Counted from the first letter of the whole stretch, positions 13,591 to 26,481 are shown. The stretch is 61,688 nt of DNA, filler included, from Sphacelaria rigidula (GCA_964200075.2; 7 parts of 7 records of this genome joined end to end with filler, not necessarily neighbours in it); one strand, 5' to 3'. Made by a program: numbers and translations. Notes: generated by a model from the letters alone, not told the origin.

Positions 13591-13675
13591 CTTCACATGA
13601 AAAACCGTTCCGATATCTGTGCAGTGCTCTGTACTGGGCATCTGATGCGGACGCCTTCCGTGGTCACAGATAGGG
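13560..13675 (-). mobile_element. RTE-like LINE 3' end with (CAA/CAG)n tail
   Basis: Closely matches 16816-16935 (catctgatgcggacgccttccgtggtcacag plus tail). Confidence 0.75.
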
Positions 13676-15467
13676 TAATTACCTCTAATTATCCCTAATA
13701 ATCTGGTGGGAAAAAAAAAAAAACGGATCCGGAATATTCAGACAAAAGCGATGCAAAAAAAGGGGGGAAACGAACGAATGAAAGGGGAGTGCATCAAGGA
13801 AAAGCGTTGCAGCCCAGTCCCTTTTGGATGTTATAGCCTGCACCGCGGGGATCGATGCGCCACGTCCATGTACGCCATCGTCAAAGTGTGAGATTCACAC
13901 AATGATCAGCGGGAAAGTTGTTCATAAATCGTTTCCTCCCCGCGGTCAGCCGAATGGAAGCGCCACATTTTCGCGTCTTTTTCTTAATGGTTGGTGGTGC
14001 AACACTAACCCTTTGAGCACGGTCATAGGTCACCTGTTTAGTCAGCATCAGTTTCACTTGAAGAACTACTGCAGGGCCAGATGGCCTACCCTTGCCGTCG
14101 AATTGGACCTTTCATTGTGGTTTTCCATATCTCAGGAAGATTATCTGGCTCACCTCCCACAGATAGAGGAAACTCAAACTGAATTCAAATATCTTCGCGC
14201 GAAGCGCGATTATGGCCGAGCGTTTGAAAATCGCCACTGGGCAAAAATCGACGACCCACCCGAAATAAAGGAAATAACTATAAAATGGGACATGTCCTGT
14301 ACCACTGTGCTGCAGCACGAACACGCTCATGCGCTGTCTTGTATGCTGTAGCTGTCGCTGCGGTGTGGCGTCTTCAGGCCTTCGTGGAGACGGTTCGATT
14401 TCCGCTGGGAGTGCCTGAGTTGCTTCGTATTGTCATTCCGTTCGTCTCTATGAAAAATAGTATTGTCGGCACGCAGTGCTCTCCACACACCGTTGAAACG
14501 TTCATGGTGTGTTGGTTATTTCGTCTCCAGTCAAAGGAATAAGGCGCTCCCCGAACCCATCATTTCTATGCTGTAGCTCTCGCTGTGCTGTTGGGAATCG
14601 AAGCACTCTACGATGATCACGGTGCGATGTGCACTGGAGAGTGCCTGAGCAGTTGTACTGCTGCATGCCGTGTTTCGGGCTGCACGGAATTGTGGTGGGA
14701 TCAAGGTGCTATCGAAACAAAGAAATGTTGAAACAATCGTCTTGCGACGGCTGTACAGCTGTCTGTTGAGTCTTCTCTGGTACCTATAGTCAGGTGCTAT
14801 GATCGGGAAGACACGCCAGGCGGGTGCGGGCAGGTTGGGACAAAGAAACTGAGCCAGCACGGAGCCGCTCTATCCTCGTTTATTGCCGGTAGCAGCTATC
14901 TGTGTCGCAGCGGCGCAATGTGTGGACTACTTTCCACTCACAATTCTTGCCTCTATCTGTGGGCCTAGTGCCTATTCTTTCTGGAGGAGAAACAAAAAGG
15001 AAAGAACAAAGAACGGATCTACCCCCCACCCACCCACCCACCACCCCGATCGGATCATGACATTCAGAGGGGAATTTGTTGTGATCATTAATTTTGTTGA
15101 CCACCAACTGGGGCCCTACCCTCTGTGCAGTTGAGTGACCACTAGGTGAGTGTAGTACTGTCCCGTTTACCGATTAGACGACGAGGAGCTTCACGTAGTA
15201 AACAGTATACGGTATGAGTACAGTTGTGGTAGAGAAGTGAAAAGGCCAGCGTAAATATATTATGATGAACAATGAACGCGACTGACTGTTTTATCAATAA
15301 CGAAGGTGTGTCGTCAGTGAACCGTCGTCGTTGTCCACATTGTAATTGTCGTCGTGAGATCCTCAAAATATTGCCGTACCCATCCAGCGGCACCCAACTT
15401 AGACAAGATAGCGAGGAGGGAGGCGAGGGGGCGCAAGGAAGTCAACAGCAAGTGTCATCCTATACTG

Positions 15468-15957
15468 AACACTATATTCGTGAGATTCAGAGTGTAGTTT
15501 CAGATTCAAAGTGACGATTTCAACTGAAGAACTGTTTTCTTTGTGGTCAATTCTTATGCGAAATAGTTTTCGTCACTAATCAACCAACCCGAGTGATGAA
15601 CGTGCGTGTTTTCACAGCCTCCAATTTCGGTTGATGTTGTACGCTTTTCCCCGATTCTCCCCAAATGAATGTGCCAAACACTATATTCGTGAGAATCAGA
15701 GTGTAGTTTCAGATTCAAAGTGACGATTTCAAACGGAAGAGCTGTTTTCTTTGTGGTCGATTCTTATGCGAAACAGTTCGCGTCACTAATCAACCAACAT
15801 TGGAGGCTGTGAAAACGCGCACGTTCATTACTCGGGTTGGTTGATTAGTGACGAAAACTGTTTCGCATAAGAGCTAACCACAGAGAAAACAATTATTTCG
15901 TTTAAAATCCTGACTCTGAATCTGAAACTACACTCTGAATCTCACGAATACAGTGTT
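15468..15957. mobile_element. Foldback MITE, AACAC termini, 4-bp TSD (ACTG), with internal duplication of the left arm
   Basis: The ~158-bp arm at 15468-15626 is inverted at 15799-15957, with a second direct partial copy at 15677-15798. ACTG at 15464-15467 and 15958-15961. Confidence 0.9.
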
Positions 15958-16135
15958 ACTGGTGTGTCGTGGGTTTCACCTTGCCGTCGTGCCACCGTCT
16001 TTTTAGGCATCAGTTCCACCTTGGATTGCGAAGACTGGACGCTCTCTGTCACGTTCCAACTTTTCGCGTTCCCCATGATGACGGTTCAGTCGTACGCGGA
16101 AACTATCGCCACAAGTCTGGAACAAACCTGTGACA

Positions 16136-16578
16136 AACACGGGATCTTACAAATTGAGGATGGATCTTTCATTGGGAAAGGCAAACCCGGGGAATTAAAA
16201 TCTTCGTATGCACACCAAATCTTCGAAACATGGTTCCATTTCTTCACCCACTGATAGCTATTGACAACTGCTACACGCCACAGAAAGTTGGACTTCGATA
16301 ACCGAAACGTTGGGGTCCTAGGTGGAAACCATTTTTGGGGAATTTTGGGTGTCCGAACGGACGCCAAAATGGTTCCGAAATTGTTTTTTGACCTAGGACC
16401 TCAACATTTCGGTGGTCGAAATCCAAATCTCTATGGCGTGTAGCAGTTGTCAATAGCAATCAGTAGGTGAAGAAGTGGAACCATATTTCGAAGATTTGGT
16501 GTGGATACAAAGATTTTAATTCTCCGGGTTTCTCATCCCCAATAAAAGATCCATCCCCAAGTTGTAAGATCCCGTGTT
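16136..16578. mobile_element. Fully palindromic foldback MITE, AACAC termini, 4-bp TSD (GACA)
   Basis: AACACGGGATCTTACAA...TTGTAAGATCCCGTGTT, palindromic across the whole length. GACA at 16132-16135 and 16579-16582. Confidence 0.92.
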
Positions 16579-16815
16579 GACACCGTTGATTATGCTGGCC
16601 TGTCGAAAAAAGCGAAACCACCGTTCACCTCATGGTCACGAGGTACTCTCACCTGTGCGTACCATGATGGTGAAGTACAGTGCGGTGCCGCCGTGATACT
16701 GTCACGATTTCCTCGTGAAAGCAGTGTTCGACCGGAGAAGTACGAGGATGTAACATGAAGCTGTAACTTGTGTGAGACATGAATGGCAAGGAAGTAATAC
16801 TGTCACGCATTTATT

Positions 16816-17554
16816 GCTGTTGTTGTTGTTGTTGTTGTTGTTGTTGCTGTCTTCACATTAAAAAACCGTTTCGATATCTGCGCGGTATATTCTTACTGGT
16901 CATCTGATGCGGACGCCTTCCGTGGTCACAGGCTAGCAAAAAAAACAAGAAAACAAAGTAGACCCAGATTAAAACTCACAAAACGCGATACAAGCAAAAC
17001 AGGGATAAAAACTAAAGAAGGAAGATAGTACATATGGCTAACCACAGAAGACCCGGTGCCGCAGGTGGCCATTTGGGCTTCAGAGGGTGGCACCCGGCTT
17101 TTCAACTCGACTCGCGACGCGAAGTAGAAATGAACACAGGGTTCGACTACGGGCGAGACTCAAGGCCCCAAATACGGCCAACCAAAGAACTAAGGATCGC
17201 AAGATTCCATCTTTCGGCCTCTCGAGGGACAGCCATACGTACAAGCATACCAGGTGTATCAAGACAAGCACTGCATGACATAACGACAGCCCTCATCGGT
17301 GGGGTTCACCCCCCACCCCTCCCTTCTCTGGACCGTCGTCATTGCTGTGCTATTTGGGCTTCGTTGGTCCCCCGCCTAATCGTACGCAGTCGGCTGGCCT
17401 CCTCTTCATTTCTGTGCCATGAGGTCATGAACCTCTCCGCTCCCTGCAGCACTCCCGCGTGCCACAGCAACCCCCCCCCTCCTTATTCGCTGCTGAAGGC
17501 CATAGGGCGCGATCACTTCCGAATGTCTGGTGGTTGTCGTCCGTAGAGCCGTCT
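16816..17554 (-). mobile_element. RTE-like LINE C-terminus + 3' UTR + (CAA)n tail
   Basis: Minus-strand translation 'ALWPSAANKEGGLLWHAGVLQGAERFMTSWHRNEEEASRLR' resembles RTE C-termini. T-rich UTR. (GTT)n on the plus strand at 16818-16846. Confidence 0.7.
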
Positions 17555-17654
17555 NNNNNNNNNNNNNNNNNNNNNNNNNNNNNNNNNNNNNNNNNNNNTT
17601 AATTAATTAANNNNNNNNNNNNNNNNNNNNNNNNNNNNNNNNNNNNNNNNNNNN
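17555..17654. other. Artificial contig linker
   Basis: 100-bp N run with TTAATTAATTAA. Confidence 0.98.
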
Positions 17655-18863
17655 CAGTTCGCAAGTCGGGTTGCCCGCTTTAGCCTCTATTCAGAGTTAA
17701 ACCTCAATTCGCACACTTTGCTGTTAGATGGGGTTTTCTTGGGGCATAGAGGGTGTGTATCCGCGGCCGTCTATCACAGGGCGTTGGCGAAGGCATATGC
17801 CATGTCGTTGACGTCTATTACTGCGGGGAGTTGGTGGCATTCGGTAGCTTAGCGACAATGACCTTTGGAACAGTCGCCCTCCAGCGTCGGTCGGATGCGA
17901 GGGCGTTGCGATGGAAGCGTACACCCCTATCCCCGCCTCTCGGTTTCGGTTGGCGGTTGGGGGCGTTCCGTTCGTGGAGACGGATGGTTGCTGAGACCAG
18001 ATGATGGTCTGACTTCATCTTGGGGTGCACGGCGACATCTCAGACGAGTCTGCGGTCTTTCTGACGTACATGTAGTCCAGGTGACAGCGGTGTTCGACTT
18101 TCGCCCCCGCATATGTGTATGCGGTCGAGCTTTCCCTGCGAATTGGTGTGCGAACAAATGTGTTGGTGATGGCCATATTTTGTCCCGCAGCGCATTTCAG
18201 TAGGCATCTACCGTTATCATTTCGAGTGTCTCTGCCATACTCTCCCAATTCCCGAACGTCGTCCATGCCTCCTCCTTCTCTCTTCCCGGTACGAGCATTG
18301 GCATCTATCATGAGTACTAGGTGCTCGTTGGTGGGCACTTCAGCGATACAACTACTGAGGGTTTTCCAGAACTTGTTCTTTTCATCATCTTGTACTGCCT
18401 CAGTAGAAGCATACGCTACGATGAAGGTTGCTGCAACTTTATGCGTGAGAGCTACTCGTGCCTTGAGGATCCTGGCACTCACGTGTTCAGGGGCGATGAC
18501 TTCTGGGTCCAGCGTGCTGGCGATAGACTCCTTAATGGCGAGGCCGACTCCGAGCGTTCCCGGTGTCCCCCCGTCCCCATGGCAGTGGCCGCTACAGTGA
18601 ATGATGTGTCCTGCTGCCAGTGCGTGGAAGATTGTTCGTCCATGTTGACGGTTTTCTCGAAGGGCGACGAAATCACAGTCGCATTTGGACGCAAAACGTA
18701 GCAGGTTCTCGGCGTGGCCTGTGCCCTTGTAACCCCTCTCGGTCATGGTGCATACGTTCCAAGTGGCCACAACCAGCTCTTTGGATCGAGACTCCGTCCT
18801 CGCGATGGTGCGACTAGCGCAAGCCTGAGGCTTGGCTGCTCGCCGAATTGGTATTTCCCTCAT
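17655..18863 (-). mobile_element. RTE-like LINE 5' part (APE endonuclease)
   Basis: ORF 18015..18863: VATWNV, GVGLAIK, IVAYAST, DANARTG, NDNGR.LL, ITNTF, LDYM. Confidence 0.9.
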
Positions 18864-19204
18864 TCTCTTCCTTCGTTCTGCTACGTCCTTTTCCTGTTGG
18901 AGATCCTCCAGTAGGGAGTTTCAAAACGGACGGGATGTTGGGACACGTTTGGAAGATCCTCTGGAGGGTTTCCGAGGCTAGCTGAATGGTCGCGTGTGCT
19001 GTCCTGTATTGCCAACATATAGGGTTTGTATAGCAGAGCCTGTTGGAAAGAAATCCTCGTTTTGCCCACTTTCCAAACGATAATTGTTTTAGCAGCCTTT
19101 GCTCTACAAGTCTCATATATTGTGCTGTATTGACAGCATATGGGATCTGTAGAGCAGAGGCTCTTCTTCGAAATAAATCCTCGCCAATTTTCAAAATGAC
19201 GCAA

Positions 19205-21685
19205 AACGATGCGATGAAGACCGGGTGGCTTGCCTCGTGCGTCGTAGCTTTGATGGCGTTTGGTTTAGTGGTGAGGAACATTCAGCCTGTGTGGGTGAGT
19301 CCGGCGATGGCGGTGCCGAAGAGGGACATATTCCGGTTGGTCAGCGACTGTCAGGCGGTGATCGCGCAAGTGGAGCAGTCTCCGGGTTGATGACGAGCCA
19401 AGAAGACATGCGGGAGTTGCTGGGAGTCCAATGCCTCGGTAACTCGGACCTGCTACAGGGGTATTGGCAAATGCTTCTGGCGCCGGGGGCTCAGGAAATC
19501 TTCACAATCGTCACGCCTGACGAGTTGTTCGCGCTTTCTCTTGTCCCTCAGGGCGTGTTGATCGTCACGGTGTATTTCCAAGGTGTGCTGACTGATATTT
19601 TGCGAGATCTAAGCTGTCGAGTGTGGATGGATGACGCTTCCTGTTCGATGAAATATTTGGCCGCTTGGAGAGGGTCGGTCTATTTGTCGCTGCGCATGAG
19701 TGCAACGGTTGCGAAGTCCGCAACCCCTCGGACAGGCAGGATCCGTGTCTGGTGCATTTCCTACTGCTGCGACGGCTGCAACAGCGCCGTCTGCACATTC
19801 GGCGCCGTGGTCTGGGTGTACCGCCGATTTTCAATTATCGATGCCCAGTACTGGAGCATAGCCCTGGCGTCAGGTGACTCTCGGTACCGTCCAGGGTTCT
19901 TGGGTAGGTGTGGTACCTGTCCATCGCAAGGTAGAATGTTTACGCGCAGATTTTCCCTCACCTGGTTCCGTAGGTATTTGACGAAATTCTTGGTAGCTTG
20001 GAGAGTGTTGGTCTGTTCGATTGGAGAGTGTTGGTCTGTTTGTCGCTGCGCATAAGTGCACCTTTTTGCGCGCCAAGTGGTTTTATGTGGTAAGGTGTAA
20101 TCCAAGGGTACCGTTTTGCATGAGCCCGTCCGCATCCAGGGTTTGAGCAATATGCGACGTCCTCAAAGAGCTAGTGAGCTGAGGCAGTTTTGCAGGCGGT
20201 GAATTAGTTGCGGACTTCGCTCCCGTACATGGCGGAAGTAGTTGCGCCGCTTCGTGTGTTTGTGAAACAACTTATGGTCGGGGCTTCGCGTCGGACCAAG
20301 CGGGTGGCGCGTAATCGTATCATTCCGGAAGGCGCTTGGACGGTGGGTCGTGTGCGGGCATGGCGTGCTGCGCAAGATTTGGTGCCGCGCGCGGTTCCGC
20401 TGTATCATCCTCGTCCAGGGTGCGTTGTTCTGATGTGTCCAGATGCTTCGGATTCCCACCGGGGTAGTTTTTTAACACAAGTACCTGTCGCCGAGTTCAG
20501 AAGTGACATTGCGCTCGAAAACATGTCACACGAACCGTTGGCTTTTCTGAGTGATAGCTTCAAGGGTTCACAGTTGCGGTGGGCGACAGTGGACAAAGAA
20601 GGTTTTGCTGTAGTCAATACATTCCGAAGACTAGAGCACTTGCGTCGGGGTGGCGTTCGCATTCACCGATCATCGCAATCCGAAATATATTTTCAACCCC
20701 GAAAAGTGTGTCACATCGATGACGAAGGCCATGGGACAACGGCTTGAACGTCGGAAAGGAGTGCTCGGCAAATATCGGTATGCCATTGAACACATCCCTG
20801 GAGAGCGTAATTGTTAGGGAGTTTTGTTGTCTCGCTGGGTGAAGGTTCCTACCGTGCCTGTTCGTCCTGTTGTCGTGTACAGCCCGTGTGATGCCAATGA
20901 TTCGCTGCCCTCGTTAGATGTCATTCGTACCGCGCAGCGCAAAATCAGTCGACGATGGTGTTCATTCTTTTCCTTCGACTTTAGGTCAAGCTGCGTTGGC
21001 TAACGATGGTTTGTTTCGCGTGCGTGTTGGCAGTAGAGATGTTCTGTGAATTCCGTCGGATGATAAGACTCTACAAACTTGCTTGATGGTGTACGCTCAC
21101 ATGCGATCGGCTGGTCACCGTGGGGGGGGGGCGTACTCCTTTGTTGCTTGCCTTAGTCGTGTGACCATTGACACCATGGGGGGGCGCCGACTCTGTTTCG
21201 TTTGAAAGAATACTGTGTGTGGCCTCACATGGATTCCAACTTTCGCGAGTTCGTTCGCCAGTGCTTGCATCGTGTAGACGCTCGTGCTGGTGCGATTGTA
21301 CCTCGTCCGTATGGCGATACTGTGCATGGTAGTGCGCCAGGGGAAGTTGTTAACTTTGAGTTTCTGTACGTCGGAAGTAGCGAACCTGAAAGTGCTAATA
21401 GTTTGCCCGATGATGAGGATGATTTTCGGTATGTTTTGGTTATCATGAATGATTTCTCCAATTTCGCCTTGTCGGAACCAACGGAGGCTTGCACCGCCGA
21501 GGTTACGGCTAAGCACTTGCTCCATTGATGCAAGACTTTGGGGGTGCCGCGTGTGCGGGTTAGTGATACCGCCACGCACTTCAAGAATCGAGTGATCGCG
21601 CAGCTGAGCGACGCGCTCAAGGTGCAACACCAACTTGCTGTTGCGTATACCCCTTGGTCGAATGGAACTTGTGAACGCATGATGA
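19205..21685 (+). mobile_element. Degenerate Ty3/Gypsy pol (RT, RNase H, integrase)
   Basis: DLLQGYWQM, VPQG, VWMDD, PDASD, WATVDKEGFAVV, and integrase AYTPWSNGTCERM. Related to the element at 8828-13441. Confidence 0.9.
21122..21171 (-). mobile_element. Extremely 5'-truncated family-A retrocopy with poly(C) tail and TSD
   Basis: Matches 3407-3449. Flanked by caccgtggggggg (21116-21128) and caccatggggggg (21172-21184) inside the integrase GHRG codons. Confidence 0.88.
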
Positions 21686-23000
21686 AATTTCACATCGCCT
21701 TTGATCACCAAATTACCTTGAATCGGATCTCCGTCGTCCAACCCACCATTTTCCAGGTGACAACTCGCTCCATCGCTGAGGAAATTGAATTTTATCACCT
21801 CCTCCGGGCGAGTACCATGCATCTTATCCCCACTATGCGCCATATCCTCGTGGGGAGGGGGAATGTGCGCCCCCACCTTGGATTCGCTCACCCGTCGGGA
21901 GGAGAACGTTTCCGGCATTCCCATCACCGCTCTCTCCAAGCTCGCATGCAAACTGCAGTATAGTAACCCAGACGCCACCAAAACTGCAATGCACGACGCT
22001 AACCACCCGGCTTTCATTGGATCGTTGCAATGGGGCTGGACCTTCGCAGCCGTCGCCTGTGGCTGGGGCGGCACCCTCATAGGCTGTACGGCTCCACTCT
22101 CAGGAGCTTCCTCTTCCCTTTCACCTGTATCCTTCTCGCTGTCACAATGAAACGACCACACAGGGATGGTCACCCGCCTAGCCGAAAGTAACTGGGGTTG
22201 TTCACACCGGTCTGCACCGGCACAGCACGCGGGTGTAATTTTTCCAAAGCCAGCGGATACAAATCTACCCCGAGTTCCTTCATAGTCGCCATGGTAAACA
22301 ACGCCACGTCATCGTTGTCAGGCCTGACCGCGAAAGTGATTGGCGACATCTCCATAGCCCCCCACGGCGTTCGCACGCTCACATCAATAGGCACCGTTTA
22401 ATGAGAAACAGTCACGGACGCACCCGTGGCGCTCTGTGCCATTTGCGGTCCATTTTCAAATAATGGTAGCTGGAGCTGGGCGCACCCGAACTGTGAAGAC
22501 ATCTGTTGTTGTAGCAACCCCCCACACTTACGGATGTGAGTGCTGATCCAGAGTCGAGAAAAACGCGAGCCATGAATGAACCAACAGAACCGGGTATAGA
22601 TAGATCGGCGTGTAAGCATTCTGCGCTGCGGTCAACAGGCACCACACCTGCCGAAGAAAAACTCTGGTTAGTGCCTAGAGTCACTTGACGCCGGGGCAGC
22701 ACTTCAGCACTTGACATCGGTGCTTTTATATTCGTCGCAACAGTGAAAGATACACCAGACACGAATCCTGCCGGGCCTATGGGTTGCGAGCCTTCCGCTC
22801 CCGCACTCCCCACCGAAGTATTACCTCCTCCCACATATGTTAGCCGCCCCGACACAGACGAACCTAGACATCTAGAGTCATCACTTGAGAACGCCCTTGA
22901 GGGTACAGTAGCGGCGGAATTACAATTCTCCGTCGCTTGATTTCGTTTTTGACCCCTGCCTTTGCACCCGCATCTCTGGTTGCTCCGACCTTGTCCGCCA
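21686..23000 (-). mobile_element. Degenerate, internally deleted Ty3/Gypsy (protease, RT start, integrase start) in opposite orientation
   Basis: VFLDSGSALT protease motif; 'DPMKAGWLASC' RT start shared with the other two copies; 'HGTRPEEVIKFNFL' integrase piece. Confidence 0.8.
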
Positions 23001-25115
23001 TGACGACCGCCTCGAGTTCCTGACAAATCTCGCTCATTTCCTTGCGCAGCGCCTTTAGCGCTAGGCTTGGGGCAACGTCTTCAAATATGCCCATGGTCTC
23101 CACAATTGTAACATAGGCGAGTGAACAACGCTCTCAAAGTCGGCAGCTGTTCCTGTTGCTTGCGCTCGCTATATTTTGATGTTTCTAACGGTTTATCCCA
23201 AACCAGCTAGGCTTCTGCTTCTTATGCGTTTTCCTTTTTTTTATGCGCGTTTCCCCATTTTTTTCATGTTCAAAACTAAGCATTATGCGCCGATTTGTGC
23301 GTTTTATGGTGAAATATGCGCGACTTATGCGCCTTTGTCGCGTCCTTCTTGAGGCGGTTCCTGTCGGGTTCCTCTGTTTGATGTGAAATATGACACATTT
23401 TTTTTCAATCAGTTTCACATGAACATAAAGTAGCTCAGACACAGCACCATAGCTCTAGTATGATAGGAAGTAAGAATAAGAAAACAAAAAAAGGGAGGGG
23501 AAAGAAGAGGAACAAATACAGAACATAACTATAATTGCAAATAAAAAGACAAAAATAGATGAAAAAAAAAAAAAGAAAAACATAGGAAGAAAAAAGAAAT
23601 TAAGTGAAGTAGGGATGAAAAAAAAAACAGTGACAACATGAAATACATGATAAATGTACAACACAAAAAGCCAAGGCTCACTTCGGCATGCTATTTTTGA
23701 AGTTGGTGACGCTCTCCAAGGTATCCGGCGATCACGGCAATGCACGGTAAAGCTCGGATGGTATGGATCACCCTAGCACTCCTCGGTGAAGGAACCAGCC
23801 ACCTCGATGAGATTGTTCACGAAACAAAGTCCACTGAATGTATTCCCTACAAAATTTATCTTGTTTCGAAACAAGTCGCATAGAGATTATTCGGAACACT
23901 GTGCACACTATCGCCGGTGTAGGCTTATCATCACGGGTCCCTTCCATTATTGCCGAGTTGCGCAAGCTTTTAGATGTAATATATTAAGTTGTGGTTGATA
24001 TTTGTAACGTTCATCAAAGTTTACCGTCGCAGGGGATAGTTCTGGCTGGGGATCGTCTCCAACCACGGCCATCGTATACACCCGAGCCAACCCACAGCAA
24101 CATGCAGGTGTTTCCACTAAGTAGGTATTTAGCAAGTGTTTGAGGGGTAATGTGTATTGATTGTACACACGAATTGAGAAGAGAAAGACAAAAGGGGGAA
24201 ATTATTACTAACAATAAAACGTGTCCGTCCTCCGGGGGGGGAAAGGAGTGTTAGGAAATGCGGCTGTGAAGCTTACTCTCGTCAACACTTGGTATGGTAT
24301 TGTATTTTTATGAAGGCAGTGTGTGGATCGCCGGTACTGCTCACGATAGTTTGGTCTAATATGGAGCGTAGCTGTAGTGCGGTTGCTCCCACTCTTCTCG
24401 ATTGACCGTTCAGCACGGTGGGTTGTTTGGACTGTCTTGCCCGCAAGCGGCACCTTCAACACCATCTTCTGTCTACCCTCCAAAGCAGCTTGTCTGCTTG
24501 CTTGGCTCAAGTACTATTGCGCCGACTCTAGCGATCACGTCAAAGGGGTCCTAGCGACACCTTTCCTAACAGGTTTATTGAGCCTCGGCGTTGGCGTCCA
24601 CGGATCGGACTTTGGAAGAGAGGAAGGCAGCAGCAAAAATCAAGTATATTTGCCGGGAAACAACGTGAGTTGAGTCAAAGTAAAGACGGCACTACACCTG
24701 TGTACGTCTGCAACAGTTTGTCACGAGGTAAGGACGACACTTTCTCCTGTGCGCACCCGGTAACATACATAATTATCGAACAGCGGGGGCAATCGTCGGA
24801 TCCTCCTGGGGGGAAATTGTACGCGTCTACTTTTCAAGTGCAGAGCCGTAGGGCTGTCCGCAACATCCTGCATACCCATATTTTGTCTGAAACTGTCCAA
24901 CAGTGGAAGCTGAACGGCACCTCCGGCGGACGCTGCTGTGGTGGGGGCCTATACCGTGTGCTATTCATCCACATATATAATCATTTTGAGGTACCGACGA
25001 GTCAAACGGCGGTGAGCGAAGCTGGCCGTGTGATGGGGAAGCTATACTTGGACACCTTGGAAACACCCTCCATCTTTACTCGTGAAGTTGGAGCAGAGCG
25101 ACGAACAAGATTCAC

Positions 25116-25702
25116 ATGGCGGACAATGAGGGTATTCGAGGGGTACTGACGCTCTGTTCAAACTTCGATAGCAAGGACAAATCGAGCTTCCGGAAATATG
25201 AAGACAAACTCTGGGTGATCCTGCCCCTCCACCACAATGAGCTACAGAAGGAAAGTAATGAGCGCCAGAATGTTGGAGGTGTCTCTATTAGGAGTAGGAA
25301 CGGTGCTCCGTCTCGAAAGGGATGCGTGGTCAATGGTCAAATGACTAAGGCAAGCAACAAATGAGTACGCCCCCCCCCCCCACCACAATGCAGCCGCAGA
25401 AATTCTGCTAGGGCAGCGAAGACCCAGATCCACCGTAATCAATGATGACCTAACCACCCTGTGGTACGACAACTTCAGTGGCGTGGGATCGTTTAGACAA
25501 TTATCTGTTTAGTGTTCTGTTTTATAGCACGAAAACATCAGCAAACAATACCGTCAGACATCATATGGGGAAAACTCAACAGGATGGGGTCGGGGACGGA
25601 CAAGCAGCGCGGGTAGCGCTCCACAACAGATATGACGGCAACAGCAATGAGGCACGAAGGGAGTTCCATGACAAACTTTACACTACACACGTGGGCAAAT
25701 AG
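25116..25702 (+). pseudogene. Copia-like gag remnant
   Basis: 'WDRLDNYLFSVLFYST...A...V.........DGQAA..AL.NRYD' resembles the Retrotran_gag_2 pattern. Interrupted by a C-tailed insertion. Confidence 0.65.
25240..25381 (+). mobile_element. 5'-truncated family-A retrocopy with poly(C) tail and TSD
   Basis: Ends gagtacg plus ~12 C. TSD ccaccacaatg at 25229-25239 and 25380-25390. Confidence 0.9.
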
Positions 25703-25879
25703 CACCCTGTAGGACGAGCTGCACAGGGTTCTCCACAGTCTTTGTGAAAACCCCTGTGCAGCGTTTGCAAATCCTAGTACCTGTAATAGCATTTTGCATA
25801 GTGTTTTTGTCGAGACCCTGCAAGCAACCCTGTGGAGAGGCCTTCCTACCTTCGAAAATTCCAAACTATTTTGGTATAA

Positions 25880-26381
25880 TTATGATTATTATTTTTATTA
25901 CTTTTATTTCCGTACATTAGTCTGATCTCGCGAACCCGTGGTCACAGACGTAGGCTCGCCTTTCCGAAACCGTCCCTGCTATTCCTTACCAGACACATTA
26001 CCAAAATAAAGAAGAAAAACAAAAAAAGAGCGACGCCACGAAAACCGGTGAGAAGTAGCTCCCCGAGTTCAACGGGGAGAGGGAAGAAAGAGAGAAAGAG
26101 AAACAAACAAACAAACAACTAACGCCAGATCTGTCAGAAGTGTACACCGAAAAAAAGGAAGAGAGAAGATAATGAAGGACAAAAACCAGAAAAAGACAGG
26201 TGACACAAGGAGAGTAGTATGGCCACCATGTTAGGGGTTCAGTTCAGAAACGAAAAGAAACAAAAACAACCCCAGACACCCTCATATACGACTACAACAG
26301 CTGTTCGGAGAAAAGCAGCAGCGAGTGTACTGCTCTAATGGACTACCGGTTACTTTTTAGAGGTCCTCGGTCGGCAGTGGG
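25880..26381 (-). mobile_element. Non-LTR element 3' end with (TAA)n-like tail
   Basis: T-rich UTR on the minus strand, GTGACCACGG motif shared with the RTE tail, degenerate (TTA)n at ~25880-25910. Confidence 0.5.
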
Positions 26382-26481
26382 NNNNNNNNNNNNNNNNNNN
26401 NNNNNNNNNNNNNNNNNNNNNNNNNTTAATTAATTAANNNNNNNNNNNNNNNNNNNNNNNNNNNNNNNNNNNNNNNNNNNN
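26382..26481. other. Artificial contig linker
   Basis: 100-bp N run with TTAATTAATTAA. Confidence 0.98.

Noticed and set aside
16816-18863. One complete RTE element spanning the gap
   Set aside because: The two halves lie on different concatenated contigs; the apparent colinearity is probably chance
25310-25370. Hammerhead or HDV ribozyme in the family-A tail
   Set aside because: No CUGANGA/GAAA core arrangement or HDV nested pseudoknot is recognisable
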